This document shows, in pieces, positions 9,472 through 18,996 of a DNA stretch of 64,000 bases. The stretch lies in IMG/VR virus record IMGVR_UViG_3300027608_000010. The stretch is one strand, 5' to 3'. The notes under the pieces are model-generated. The model searched no databases and was not told where the DNA came from. It worked only from the letters and a program-made list of their open reading frames with translations. Every line of letters starts with the position of its first letter. Position 1 is the first letter of the stretch. The translations under genes and the position numbers were made by a program. Source of the stretch: a virus. Its lineage: Duplodnaviria; Caudoviricetes.

Positions 9472-9495
9472 CCCATAACTTAAAGGAAAAATAAA

Positions 9496-10455
9496 ATGGC
9501 ATCAAATCTAAACAAAAAATATTTTGGTAATCGCAACATCGGTACAACAGGTACTACTGATGATAAAATTGGTGGTGAAGGCATCGCTAGTATCAATTGG
9601 TCTAACTTAGGTCTATTCCGTGGCAATGATGCTACAAATAGCCCATTAATAGGGTTAGCACTTCCAGCTCCAACGTTGCCCGGCGGTGTACAAGCAACTT
9701 GGGCAGTTACTTTTGAAGTTGCAAGTGTGTCAACAGGCGCAGGCAAAGCAGGATTATCAGTCGGTGATACATACACTTATGCAGCCGGTGGTAGTCCAAC
9801 TATTACCGTTGCTAGTATAAGCGGAACAAATGCTACATTTACAACAACTGCAGGTAGTGGTGTTGCATATGGTAGTTTACCAACTGACACAACTGGTGTC
9901 AATATTACTAAGACAGGCACCCATTCAGGACCTGCTACATTCTTAACTGATATTAACTTTAGTGTTAAAAGTGCTGTTATCAATGAAAAAGGATCTGGTT
10001 ATACTGGCGCAGAAACATTTACAGTTACTACTTACTCAGCTACTACTGGTGCAGCTCCAGTAGGTACTATTGTGTTAACAACTGATTCAGGTGCACCTGG
10101 TTCAAGTACCAATCAAGAAAACGCACTTACACCGTTTGCATACGTAACAGGTGGTACTCGTAAAGTTGCTGATATTATTCGTCAAGTTGGTGCACGCCGC
10201 TACAAGGTTAAAACAGCAGACGGTACTATGACTTGTTCATTAAAAACATCAGCCGCGTCAAATGCTGCCGGTGAAATGGACTTAACAGCTACTGATTCTT
10301 CTGGTAAAACTTATTATGTTAAGAAACTTACTGGACACAAAGCAACATTGGTACGTTATGGTTCTGCAGGACATGAATTTGCTACTGACACCGCAGTACA
10401 GTGGACACTAGCCGCACCAACATTGAACACAACAGTTCAAATTGCTAACGCTTAA
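9496..10455 (+). CDS. putative virion structural protein
   Basis: 319 aa, T/G/A/S-rich, AAGGA RBS, late motif, own terminator. Confidence 0.6.
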   Translation: MASNLNKKYFGNRNIGTTGTTDDKIGGEGIASINWSNLGLFRGNDATNSPLIGLALPAPTLPGGVQATWAVTFEVASVSTGAGKAGLSVGDTYTYAAGGSPTITVASISGTNATFTTTAGSGVAYGSLPTDTTGVNITKTGTHSGPATFLTDINFSVKSAVINEKGSGYTGAETFTVTTYSATTGAAPVGTIVLTTDSGAPGSSTNQENALTPFAYVTGGTRKVADIIRQVGARRYKVKTADGTMTCSLKTSAASNAAGEMDLTATDSSGKTYYVKKLTGHKATLVRYGSAGHEFATDTAVQWTLAAPTLNTTVQIANA

Positions 10456-10472
10456 TCTTTTTAAGCATCAAC

Positions 10473-10500
10473 AAAAAAGCCGCACTATGCGGCTTTTTTT
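10473..10500. terminator. bidirectional rho-independent terminator
   Basis: AAAAAAGCCGCA-CTA-TGCGGCTTTTTTT between convergent genes. Confidence 0.9.
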
Positions 10501-10904
10501 ATTAGTTTCTTTAATTTGTCTTGTACTACATCAAAGTTGACTGTGTTAAACAGTCCCGGATGTAATGGTTTGGGATAATGTTCACTGTCAGTCCAAGCAT
10601 ATCCACAATGTTCTTCATTCAATACTGGAATAAACTCTTTGTCTACTTTGCAAAAGAATGTATGATATGTAAATGTATTGTTTATGAATTTTTGTATTGG
10701 TACGAGTTTAGCATTGTCAGGAAAGAAACCTACTTCTTCTAAGCATTCTCTTTCAACACCTTTCAATAGTGTTTCTTTGCCTTCAATTTTTCCACCGGGT
10801 ATACCCCAATTACCTGGATTTTTATTATCGTTTCTAAGTAGATAAAGAAATCTTTTTGTATCACTTGCGTAAAAAAAGATCCCTGCTGAGGTATTGTCTT
10901 TCAT
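10485..10904 (-). CDS. NUDIX hydrolase
   Basis: Nudix box GGKIEGKETLLKGVERECLEEVG; likely start MKDNTSAG at 10904. Confidence 0.88.
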   Translation of the reverse strand: MKDNTSAGIFFYASDTKRFLYLLRNDNKNPGNWGIPGGKIEGKETLLKGVERECLEEVGFFPDNAKLVPIQKFINNTFTYHTFFCKVDKEFIPVLNEEHCGYAWTDSEHYPKPLHPGLFNTVNFDVVQDKLKKLIKKAA

Positions 10905-10923
10905 ACTATGATTTATCATAGCA

Positions 10924-12297
10924 TTAGATGACGATAGAAAAATCCCCCGCCTCATACCAACCCTCAAATGCTTTCACCCAAACACCATCAGTGAATCTAT
11001 ATTGTACACTGCTAGTTAGATTCTTAACATATTCAGTTGTAGTTGAATTTTTACTATCAAAATCAACTTGCCATTGTTGTGCGCTACTGTTATATTGAAT
11101 AATATCATTTGCATTAGCAACTACATTACCCCAAATAGATGGTGAAACATTGTCTACATCACCTATATTTTCAATTAGTAAATATCGTTGACCATTAACC
11201 ACTGCGGGTAACCCATGTGATGGACCTTTTGATTGAGGATTGATAATGCTATTAACCGGAGTCAACGTATTTTCGGGTAGTGTATCAGTATCAATATTAT
11301 ATAATAAAATTCTATCATCTGTTGGATTCAAGTTAATGGTGCCTACAATATCAGTAGTCATGTGTTGATTTTGTAACCAAATCTGTGAGATGCCCGGCTT
11401 GATTGCACCGTACACGCTTAACAATGATGACCAATGTAACTCAGTATCAGGAGCTTCTGGTATATCCAACATTTCATTATTAGGTCTTAGTGGTTGATTA
11501 GCAGGCAATAGTTGGAGTGTATCACCGATTAATAATATCTTATATCCATAAGGTGTAATCTTTTGTCTTGTACCTAATAATAAGTCACTATCTTGCATGT
11601 CAGTGAGAGCATTTCCTTGATAGATACTTGCAATAACTTTTTGAATGACACCTAATTTTTTAATCTTAGCAGGACCACTTATCCAGATTGGCATATGAAA
11701 TTTCCAACTCATAATGTCAATCGGGTTACCTGAACCTTGAGGAATTGTTCTACTGCTAAATGTTAAACCGTCTTGGTATACAACTGATAAAGAAGTCCAA
11801 TCAATAAAGTTGTCCGTACTTTGGATTTCTAATGCAGGATTAAACAATACACCTAATTGTTCAATCAATTCTAGTTTTTGATTATAGTTGGTAGTCCAAA
11901 AATCTACGTTCACACTTAGCTTATATGGTACAGGCATCATTCTTTCAACAGTAAAGGCTTGACCCTGTGTAGTTTCATATGATCCTGAATCCTGATTAAA
12001 TGTTCGTTGTCTCATCGATACTTTATCAACAAACGTAGGATCTTGCGTTCTACCCTGATCGTAATCTAGTGCTACAACATTATATGTTATTAATGGTGCA
12101 CTAGGTAAACTACTAGGACTGTTGTTTGCAATTTGTGTTTGCGCCATTCTACTAGCGTCACCGTATTGAATTGGGACACGAACAAGAATATCATTTCCTG
12201 CAGGATCTGTTCCTTTAGTAACTTGCCAATCACTAAAGATTCTTGCAAATTGTATTAAGAATCTGCGGATTTGATTATCAAAGAAAAACTGTGCCAT
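10924..12297 (-). CDS. tail terminator/sheath stabiliser (T4 gp15-like)
   Basis: FFFDNQIRRFLIQF, RVPIQYGD, PVPYKLSVNVDFWT and EQLGVLFNP motifs; next to neck gene. Confidence 0.75.
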   Translation of the reverse strand: MAQFFFDNQIRRFLIQFARIFSDWQVTKGTDPAGNDILVRVPIQYGDASRMAQTQIANNSPSSLPSAPLITYNVVALDYDQGRTQDPTFVDKVSMRQRTFNQDSGSYETTQGQAFTVERMMPVPYKLSVNVDFWTTNYNQKLELIEQLGVLFNPALEIQSTDNFIDWTSLSVVYQDGLTFSSRTIPQGSGNPIDIMSWKFHMPIWISGPAKIKKLGVIQKVIASIYQGNALTDMQDSDLLLGTRQKITPYGYKILLIGDTLQLLPANQPLRPNNEMLDIPEAPDTELHWSSLLSVYGAIKPGISQIWLQNQHMTTDIVGTINLNPTDDRILLYNIDTDTLPENTLTPVNSIINPQSKGPSHGLPAVVNGQRYLLIENIGDVDNVSPSIWGNVVANANDIIQYNSSAQQWQVDFDSKNSTTTEYVKNLTSSVQYRFTDGVWVKAFEGWYEAGDFSIVI

Positions 12298-12305
12298 CTA
12301 TTACC

Positions 12306-13994
12306 TTAATCTGGTTGTATTTTTAGTATCTGTGAAAGTGCTTGACGTTCCGGCATTTCAGTACCATCACTCAGTGTAGTTGTGTTTGTATTGTTAATGA
12401 ACCCGGACAACTGAGATTGATTATTAGCATCACTAAATCCAACACCTGTTCTAACATTCTCACTAATCTTAACCCATAGATTACCATCCCAACGGAATAA
12501 TAACTGTGGTAAATAATCTGTTCTTAAAAAATAATCACCAGCCTTTGGTAGTGATGGAAACGTAATACCTGCACCAGTAGTAACACCATTAGGGGCATTG
12601 CCGTTGCCAACCATATAACCATCTGTATAACCAAAACTTCTTGGTGAACTTCTTGCAACAAAATGGAATCTTGGATCACTATCAGCACGATAATCCATGA
12701 TATCAGGAATGATAGTACCAGTAAAACCATCCATTAATGGATCTTGATCAGCATTACTATATGTATTATCAGTAGTACCATAAGGGCCGTCAATTGCTCC
12801 CAATGCCTTTACTGATAATATTAAATCACCTTTAACTTTACCAGAACCTGTGTCAGTTTTCTGTGGTTTAGTTCTAGCTACTTTTAAATTCAGTTTGACA
12901 AACTCTGCTAATTTAGTATCATCTGAATCAGCAGTCATATCCCAAATACTTTTTAATGCACCTGCACCAATCCTAACCACAAAATAATTTTGACCACGTG
13001 CTACAATTTCTTCAATAGTGCCTTCTGGTCTTACGGGTGACCCCTTCAAATTAACAATACTTGCAGTACTTACTGGTTCATCGTTTGAATTAGTCGCAAC
13101 TACATATAAATTAGTATTATCATATCCTGATTTAGGTAATAATCTTCTAGCTTCAGCTAAAGCCGCATCATTGATTGCTATGTTTGTGTTGTATCTACTT
13201 AAAATATCTTTTAGATTGTCAGCAGTATCCAATGTCCAAAATGGCGAGTTAATTATATAAGTTTTTGTTACATCATCATATATTGTACACGGAGTACCTA
13301 TAGGAACAGTAGATGCGGCAACATAATTTTTATCACCGTATGTAACTACATAACCCGGTACGTATGTTTTGGTTCTGTCCCATACACCAAGGTAGTTGTC
13401 TTTGTTTAGTGGCTGCTCTAGTATACTTGAAAACTCTTGACTATCAACAAGTGGCTCACATTTAATTCGCCATAGATGTGCATACCATGTACTACTGAAT
13501 CCTTCACTTGCAAAGTTTCCATCTGTTACTTGATAGTATCTACGTAAACTTGTAGGTATCAATTCGTTTAATGGATGGTAGTCAGTCAAATGAGGTAATT
13601 CTAATACATCACCTACCATCAATTTACGACCAATTAAATCAATCATTTCATTATAATGTATTGTAATGAATATAGTATCATTGTTTAAGAACAATCCAAA
13701 TTGACTTAGGTCAAAGTCTAGGTTCTGTACATTATAATGACCTCTGATTCTATAGATATCGGGCGCATAATTGCGGTCACGATTCTCTAAGAATAACAAG
13801 TCTTGGATTTGAGTAGGATCTAATATACTACGCTGTGGCTGAGTTAAATCTGCACTAGGACCTTGATCCTTGATACCTATATATTTGTGAACGTACAAAT
13901 CCGTTCCACCTACAGTGAATTGCTCTTTGATAATTCTATCAAAGAATCGATAATCGTTGGATTTTTTCTCGCGGTATAAGGATAATCTTGGCAT
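12306..13994 (-). CDS. neck protein (T4 gp14-like) with insertions
   Basis: DLSQFGLFLNND, GDVLELPHL and HLWRIKCEPL motifs. Confidence 0.7.
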   Translation of the reverse strand: MPRLSLYREKKSNDYRFFDRIIKEQFTVGGTDLYVHKYIGIKDQGPSADLTQPQRSILDPTQIQDLLFLENRDRNYAPDIYRIRGHYNVQNLDFDLSQFGLFLNNDTIFITIHYNEMIDLIGRKLMVGDVLELPHLTDYHPLNELIPTSLRRYYQVTDGNFASEGFSSTWYAHLWRIKCEPLVDSQEFSSILEQPLNKDNYLGVWDRTKTYVPGYVVTYGDKNYVAASTVPIGTPCTIYDDVTKTYIINSPFWTLDTADNLKDILSRYNTNIAINDAALAEARRLLPKSGYDNTNLYVVATNSNDEPVSTASIVNLKGSPVRPEGTIEEIVARGQNYFVVRIGAGALKSIWDMTADSDDTKLAEFVKLNLKVARTKPQKTDTGSGKVKGDLILSVKALGAIDGPYGTTDNTYSNADQDPLMDGFTGTIIPDIMDYRADSDPRFHFVARSSPRSFGYTDGYMVGNGNAPNGVTTGAGITFPSLPKAGDYFLRTDYLPQLLFRWDGNLWVKISENVRTGVGFSDANNQSQLSGFINNTNTTTLSDGTEMPERQALSQILKIQPD

Positions 13995-14042
13995 AGTGTA
14001 TTTATCGCAATCCTAAAGCAAAAGTATTACCTCACAAAAGAC

Positions 14043-14071
14043 TTGACAATAAATGAATGTTCGTATATAAT
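14043..14071 (+). promoter_or_regulatory. consensus sigma70 promoter TTGACA-17-TATAAT
   Basis: -35 at 14043-14048, -10 at 14066-14071, AGGAG RBS, ATG at 14101. Confidence 0.85.
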
Positions 14072-14100
14072 ATTAAATATTCGACACTCAGGAGTAATTC

Positions 14101-15252
14101 ATGACAATACGCAAACCCAAAGCAACATCAGATCACTTTATCAAGGCACTGAATCCAAAAGATGCTGATCAAAAGTATATGGGTGATGAACCATTCTTCC
14201 CATTGCAACCTGACACTGACAGACGTAAAATTACACTAACTGTAAGTTTCACATGGTACAATCGGTTCTATGGTAAAAAGGATGCTAAAGAATTGCTATG
14301 TCAATATTTAGATAGTCATGACCGTACCGCTGAAGCGAAATATCTACGCAAAGTACATGAATCTGAATTCTTGATGACATTGTGCTGGCTCGCACGTATG
14401 AATTTGCGCGGTCTTGAACTGAACGAACATGAATCACTTACACTAGAAAATGAAATTTCCCGACTGTTGAAACTGGTTCACAAGCCTGAGGTCGTTACAA
14501 AAGAACCTAGCAATCGTCCTAACATTCAGGAATTGATGCGTGAGAAAGCCGGTGAGGCAGCAGGTGAACTTGAAGGACTACTTGACGAGTACATCACTAC
14601 AGGTAAGACTACACAAAAGACAGTTGATATTGTTGCTAAATTCAATGTCATGCCACAGCATATCCCTATCATTGTTGAGATTTGGAAACGCAAAGCTGAA
14701 GAATTTAATCAACTAGTTGAGGGTACAGATAAAGACCTGAACGAGGCTTATGCTTTCTTAGGTAAAGTACAAGTGCGTAATCTTGTCAAATTTGTAGATA
14801 ACGTTCTAGGTGACTTGAACAGCTATATCTCAATTAAGAAAGCAAGCAAAGCACCTCGCAAACGCAAAGCAGTCCCTGTTGAGAAGATTGTTGCTAAACT
14901 CAAGTACTTGAAAGAATTCAAGGATCCAGTCAACAAACTTGAACTGATTAGTGTGCATCCTACTAAGTTACACGGTGCAAGCGAGGCATGGGTCTATGAT
15001 ACTGCAAAACGTAAAGTGCATCATTACATTGCTGACGATTACAGTAAGACTTTTACAGTTAAGGGTAATACGATCCTAGGCTTTGATAGCAATACAAGTG
15101 AAGTCAAAACATTGCGTAAGCCGGGTGAGCAGATTAAAGAAATAATGGGTAGCAAGCCGGCTGCACGTAAATACTTTAAAGAGATTAAAGCAGTAGCAAC
15201 TGCGCCTAATGGTAGGTTCAATGAGAACATGCTAATACTGAAAGCGTTCTAA
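14101..15252 (+). CDS. hypothetical early protein
   Basis: 383 aa, basic, with C-terminal WVYDTAKRK...VKGNTILGFD...KTLRKP block. Confidence 0.75.
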   Translation: MTIRKPKATSDHFIKALNPKDADQKYMGDEPFFPLQPDTDRRKITLTVSFTWYNRFYGKKDAKELLCQYLDSHDRTAEAKYLRKVHESEFLMTLCWLARMNLRGLELNEHESLTLENEISRLLKLVHKPEVVTKEPSNRPNIQELMREKAGEAAGELEGLLDEYITTGKTTQKTVDIVAKFNVMPQHIPIIVEIWKRKAEEFNQLVEGTDKDLNEAYAFLGKVQVRNLVKFVDNVLGDLNSYISIKKASKAPRKRKAVPVEKIVAKLKYLKEFKDPVNKLELISVHPTKLHGASEAWVYDTAKRKVHHYIADDYSKTFTVKGNTILGFDSNTSEVKTLRKPGEQIKEIMGSKPAARKYFKEIKAVATAPNGRFNENMLILKAF

Positions 15253-15443
15253 TGGATAATAGTAAAATAAAAGACAGGATGACAGAACTAATGGCTCCGG
15301 TCGAACAGCAATTACTAATGTGTGATGACAAAGAAGACCAGCTTATGATGGCTTGTGCGATGTTACAACGAGTAAGTGAAGTCTTTGTTTACCATTTAGG
15401 TGAACAAGGAGCAAAACAAATGTTTAAGGATTTGATAAAATGA
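15252..15443 (+). CDS. hypothetical protein
   Basis: 63 aa, overlapping both neighbouring genes. Confidence 0.6.
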   Translation: MDNSKIKDRMTELMAPVEQQLLMCDDKEDQLMMACAMLQRVSEVFVYHLGEQGAKQMFKDLIK

Positions 15444-15886
15444 ATGTAGATTTAAACAAATATAGTGATTTTGTGCAGGCTGTTACAAGCCAACCAAGTA
15501 GTGACTTGACAACTTTCATGGACACCCTTGACCGATTAGATGCAAACTATGAACTAGATGCCGATGCCGGTATAATGAAATATGGGCCTGACATCAACGT
15601 TCCGTTGTTACTGACCGCATGTCTAGGACTAGCCGCAGAGTCAGGCGAGTTTATTGAGATTCCTAAAAAGATTTTCTTTCAAGGTAAACCCCTAACTGAC
15701 GATAATGTCTTTCACATGAAACGTGAACTCGGAGACATCATGTGGTACTGGATTAACGCTTGCAGGGCACTTCGTCTAGATCCTAATGATGTGATTGCTG
15801 AGAACGTAGAGAAACTAAAAGCACGATATCCCGGTGGCGAGTTTAACGTGTTCAATAGTGAGAATCGTCAACACAACGATATCTAA
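15440..15886 (+). CDS. mazG: MazG-like NTP pyrophosphohydrolase
   Basis: GLAAESGEF...KK...KRELGDIMWY...NVEKLKARYP motifs. Confidence 0.85.
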   Translation: MNVDLNKYSDFVQAVTSQPSSDLTTFMDTLDRLDANYELDADAGIMKYGPDINVPLLLTACLGLAAESGEFIEIPKKIFFQGKPLTDDNVFHMKRELGDIMWYWINACRALRLDPNDVIAENVEKLKARYPGGEFNVFNSENRQHNDI

Positions 15887-15891
15887 GTAGA

Positions 15892-16512
15892 TTATTTAGG
15901 TAATCTACCTTTTCTTTTTATCTCTTCCGGTGTGCGTTTACGAACTATAAATTCAATCGCACACTCACTTATACTATGATAGGTTTGATCTACTCTACCA
16001 ATATCATATATAAATGTACCATTTATTAATTCAACCTTAAGAACCTCAACCTCACTATTGTATTGATATAAGAATTCAAATACGTTAGTGCTGACCGGGC
16101 TCCAGCTTTCTTCTTTATTAATTGTCCAACTTGTTTTATGATCGGGGTTATGGTTACTAGGCCACACGCCCTGTTCATACAAATCCTCATCAGGAATAGT
16201 TACAATAATATGTCCGCCCGGCTTACAAATTCTAAGCCAATTATCAAATGCTTGGAACGGGTCCCTCATGTGTTCCAAACAATGACTGCTATGTACAAAA
16301 TCAAATGTATCATCAGCTACCCCTTCCATAAGTTGAGCATCACCGTCAGGCATATCCCACGCTTTTAAACCTGTCATTAGTGGAAATTGTTGAGTGTATC
16401 TTCCAATTTGGTCGTTACCCGCCCCAATATCAATTCCATAACCTCTAAAATATGTACTAGCAAACCTAGCATCTTGTAAACGGCGAATTAATGCCTTGCT
16501 TGACTCATTCAT
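15892..16512 (-). CDS. class I SAM-dependent methyltransferase
   Basis: GIDIGAG, FDFVHSSHCLEH and KPGGHIIVTIP motifs. Confidence 0.85.
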   Translation of the reverse strand: MNESSKALIRRLQDARFASTYFRGYGIDIGAGNDQIGRYTQQFPLMTGLKAWDMPDGDAQLMEGVADDTFDFVHSSHCLEHMRDPFQAFDNWLRICKPGGHIIVTIPDEDLYEQGVWPSNHNPDHKTSWTINKEESWSPVSTNVFEFLYQYNSEVEVLKVELINGTFIYDIGRVDQTYHSISECAIEFIVRKRTPEEIKRKGRLPK

Positions 16513-16594
16513 TGTATTCCTTAAGTAAAATTATATTTATTTTACACTCACTTATCTAAAATAAAAGTTGAGTTTAGTTCATTGTACTATGGTT

Positions 16595-16617
16595 TCCAGA
16601 TAAATATATTATCTGGA
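16595..16617 (+). promoter_or_regulatory. hairpin covering late promoter and RBS of neck gene
   Basis: TCCAGATAA-ATATA-TTATCTGGA. Contains GATAAATA (16599-16606) and overlaps GGAG (16615-16618). Confidence 0.6.
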
Positions 16618-16624
16618 GAACACA

Positions 16625-17395
16625 ATGGCAATTCTGCAATCAACTAGTTTAGACGCATTAAAAGAAGATTTATTTAGAAACTTACGCTTACGTATGGGCG
16701 AAGGCATTGTTGACGTTGAATTAGATCCTGAACATTATGAAGCCGCTTATAAGTATGCGGTTCAAGTATATCGTCAACGAGCACAAAATGCAACAGAAGA
16801 AGCATATACTTTATTGACATTACAAGAGCATCAGGAAATTTATACTCTTCCCAAAGAATTTATTAATGTAAGACAAGTATTCCGTCGTACTGTTGGAATG
16901 GAGACAGGCCCAGGATCAACTAGTTTTGATCCATTTAGTAGTGCTATTCTTAACACGTATTTACTGAACTATAGTTCGGCAGGTGGGTTAGCAACATATG
17001 ATTTCTATGCAGGATATGTTGAATTGGTTGCACGTATGTTTGGTGGATATGTAATCTACACCTTCAACAATGTTACAAAAGAAATTCGCTTAGTGAGAAA
17101 TATCAAAGGTAACGGTGAACAGATACTAATTTGGGCTGATATTCAAAAGCCTGAATCAACATTACTTCAAGATCCGGGAAGTGGTGTTTGGATTGGTGAC
17201 TGGACCTTTGCTCAATGTATGAGTATCTTGGGTGAAGCCCGTGAAAAGTTTGCAAGCATTGCTGGCCCGGGTGGCGGCACTACCCTTAACGGATCCGCAT
17301 TGAAATCCGAAGCTAAAGAAATGCAAGCCACATTATTAGAAGATTTAAAGCGTTATGTGGATTATAGTCAGCCACTAACTTGGGTACAAGGTTAA
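16625..17395 (+). CDS. neck protein (T4 gp13-like)
   Basis: LRLRMGEGIVDVELDPEHY...GGGTTLNGSALKSEA pattern. Confidence 0.8.
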   Translation: MAILQSTSLDALKEDLFRNLRLRMGEGIVDVELDPEHYEAAYKYAVQVYRQRAQNATEEAYTLLTLQEHQEIYTLPKEFINVRQVFRRTVGMETGPGSTSFDPFSSAILNTYLLNYSSAGGLATYDFYAGYVELVARMFGGYVIYTFNNVTKEIRLVRNIKGNGEQILIWADIQKPESTLLQDPGSGVWIGDWTFAQCMSILGEAREKFASIAGPGGGTTLNGSALKSEAKEMQATLLEDLKRYVDYSQPLTWVQG

Positions 17396-17404
17396 TAACA
17401 TTAT

Positions 17405-17866
17405 ATGAGAGCAACTGAGTTTATTACGGAACTATTTCGCCCCGGTAATCAAAACTGGAAGTGGAATCGACAATCCCAGGAAGAGGCAGTTGCAAATTTT
17501 ACTGTGGGCGAAAGAAAGTATGTATGGTCAGCCTACAGTCATCACCAAGATGATAAGCCAGAAACATGGGAAATACAATTTCGTTTAATTAGAGAGGCGT
17601 TAGACCCTGAAAAATTATCACTATATGGCACAACAGGTACAGGCAACTCAGCAGAAGTAATGTCAATTGTAGTAGATATAATGCGTGAATTCTTAGAAGA
17701 CTACAGTGATAATGTACAAAAAATTATATTTGATGCAAAAGAAAACAGTCGCATAGGACTATACACAAGAATGGTTAAGCGTTTAATACCCAATTGGGAT
17801 TTAGAACAAGACTATAATCCAGAAATGGGATTAAGATTCATATTGTCTAGACCAAAACAAATGTAA
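17405..17866 (+). CDS. hypothetical protein, putative internal head protein
   Basis: MRATEFITE leader resembles the T4 capsid-targeting sequence. Confidence 0.6.
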   Translation: MRATEFITELFRPGNQNWKWNRQSQEEAVANFTVGERKYVWSAYSHHQDDKPETWEIQFRLIREALDPEKLSLYGTTGTGNSAEVMSIVVDIMREFLEDYSDNVQKIIFDAKENSRIGLYTRMVKRLIPNWDLEQDYNPEMGLRFILSRPKQM

Positions 17867-17923
17867 CCTAAATGCTAGCACATGTCATCTCTTAGTAATA
17901 TAATTACAAGTACAGGAGAACGT

Positions 17924-18571
17924 ATGATTATAGGAGTAACAGGTCTAATTGGCAGCGGCAAGGATACTATAGCTGACTATTTAGTAACAAATCACAAATT
18001 TAAACGGATAAGTTTTGCATCCAGTCTTAAAGATGCTGTAGCAAGTGTCTTTGGTTGGGAACGAGAAATGTTAGAAGGTACAACTAAATCTAGCCGCAAA
18101 TGGCGTGAACAAGTTGATCCTTGGTGGAGTCAACGATTAAACATCCCTGAACTAACACCACGCTGGGTTCTACAACAATGGGGTACTGAAGTTTGTCGTG
18201 CTAACTTCCATGACGATATATGGGTAGCAAGTGTAGAGAACAAACTACGACAAACAAAAGATGATATCGTCATTACTGATTGTAGATTCCGTAATGAAGT
18301 TGATGCTATCAAAAATGCAAATGGTATTACTTTAAGATCAAATCGAGGTCCTGAACCCGAATGGTACGATGCGGCAAAAGCATATAATAAGGGACCTGAC
18401 GGGAATAGTCTTTGGGCTTTGAGCAAAGCTAAGTTAGACAAAGCTAAGATTCATGCCAGTGAATACTCTAGTGTGGGATTAGAATACGACCATTATATTG
18501 ACAATAACGGATCTATTGATGATTTACATGCTACACTTAGTCAACTTCTAAATCGCCCCGACGCCAGTTAA
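17924..18571 (+). CDS. deoxynucleoside monophosphate kinase (T4 gp1-like)
   Basis: IIGVTGLIGSGKDT, ISFASSLKDA, TPRWVLQQWGTE and ITDCRFRNE. AGGAG RBS before ATG 17924. Confidence 0.92.
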   Translation: MIIGVTGLIGSGKDTIADYLVTNHKFKRISFASSLKDAVASVFGWEREMLEGTTKSSRKWREQVDPWWSQRLNIPELTPRWVLQQWGTEVCRANFHDDIWVASVENKLRQTKDDIVITDCRFRNEVDAIKNANGITLRSNRGPEPEWYDAAKAYNKGPDGNSLWALSKAKLDKAKIHASEYSSVGLEYDHYIDNNGSIDDLHATLSQLLNRPDAS

Positions 18572-18878
18572 CTTCTTTTCTTTTTACCACTTCAACACAG
18601 TTTAAACAGATTGTACGTAGGTTAGTAAACTCAGTGTGTTCTAGTTTACCATCTATATGAAACACAGTAGTCTGACTAGGATATGAACTCTTAAAGCCAC
18701 ATAAATCACATGTGGCTTTTTTCTTGTACCCTGACTTTTTCCAACTAGGTTCTCTTGGTTTAAGTTTATTTTTCTTACGACCACATTCATCACACATACT
18801 ACGATAGTGTGTTATGCCATCACGTTTATAATTTACAGCAGTATTATTCTTACCGCATGTGTTGCATATTGGTCTCAT
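18537..18878 (-). CDS. zinc-finger / degenerate HNH-like protein
   Basis: Four CxxC pairs and HIDG...NLRTICLNC. Confidence 0.65.
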   Translation of the reverse strand: MRPICNTCGKNNTAVNYKRDGITHYRSMCDECGRKKNKLKPREPSWKKSGYKKKATCDLCGFKSSYPSQTTVFHIDGKLEHTEFTNLRTICLNCVEVVKRKEVNWRRGDLEVD

Positions 18879-18996
18879 ACTATATTTATCATTGTAACCT
18901 TCGAAGGTACGCTAATTGGCATTTTTTTACCATTTACACTAAATATTAGTACGTTAGGGCGTTAACCCTCATAATCATAACATAAAGGAAAATAAC

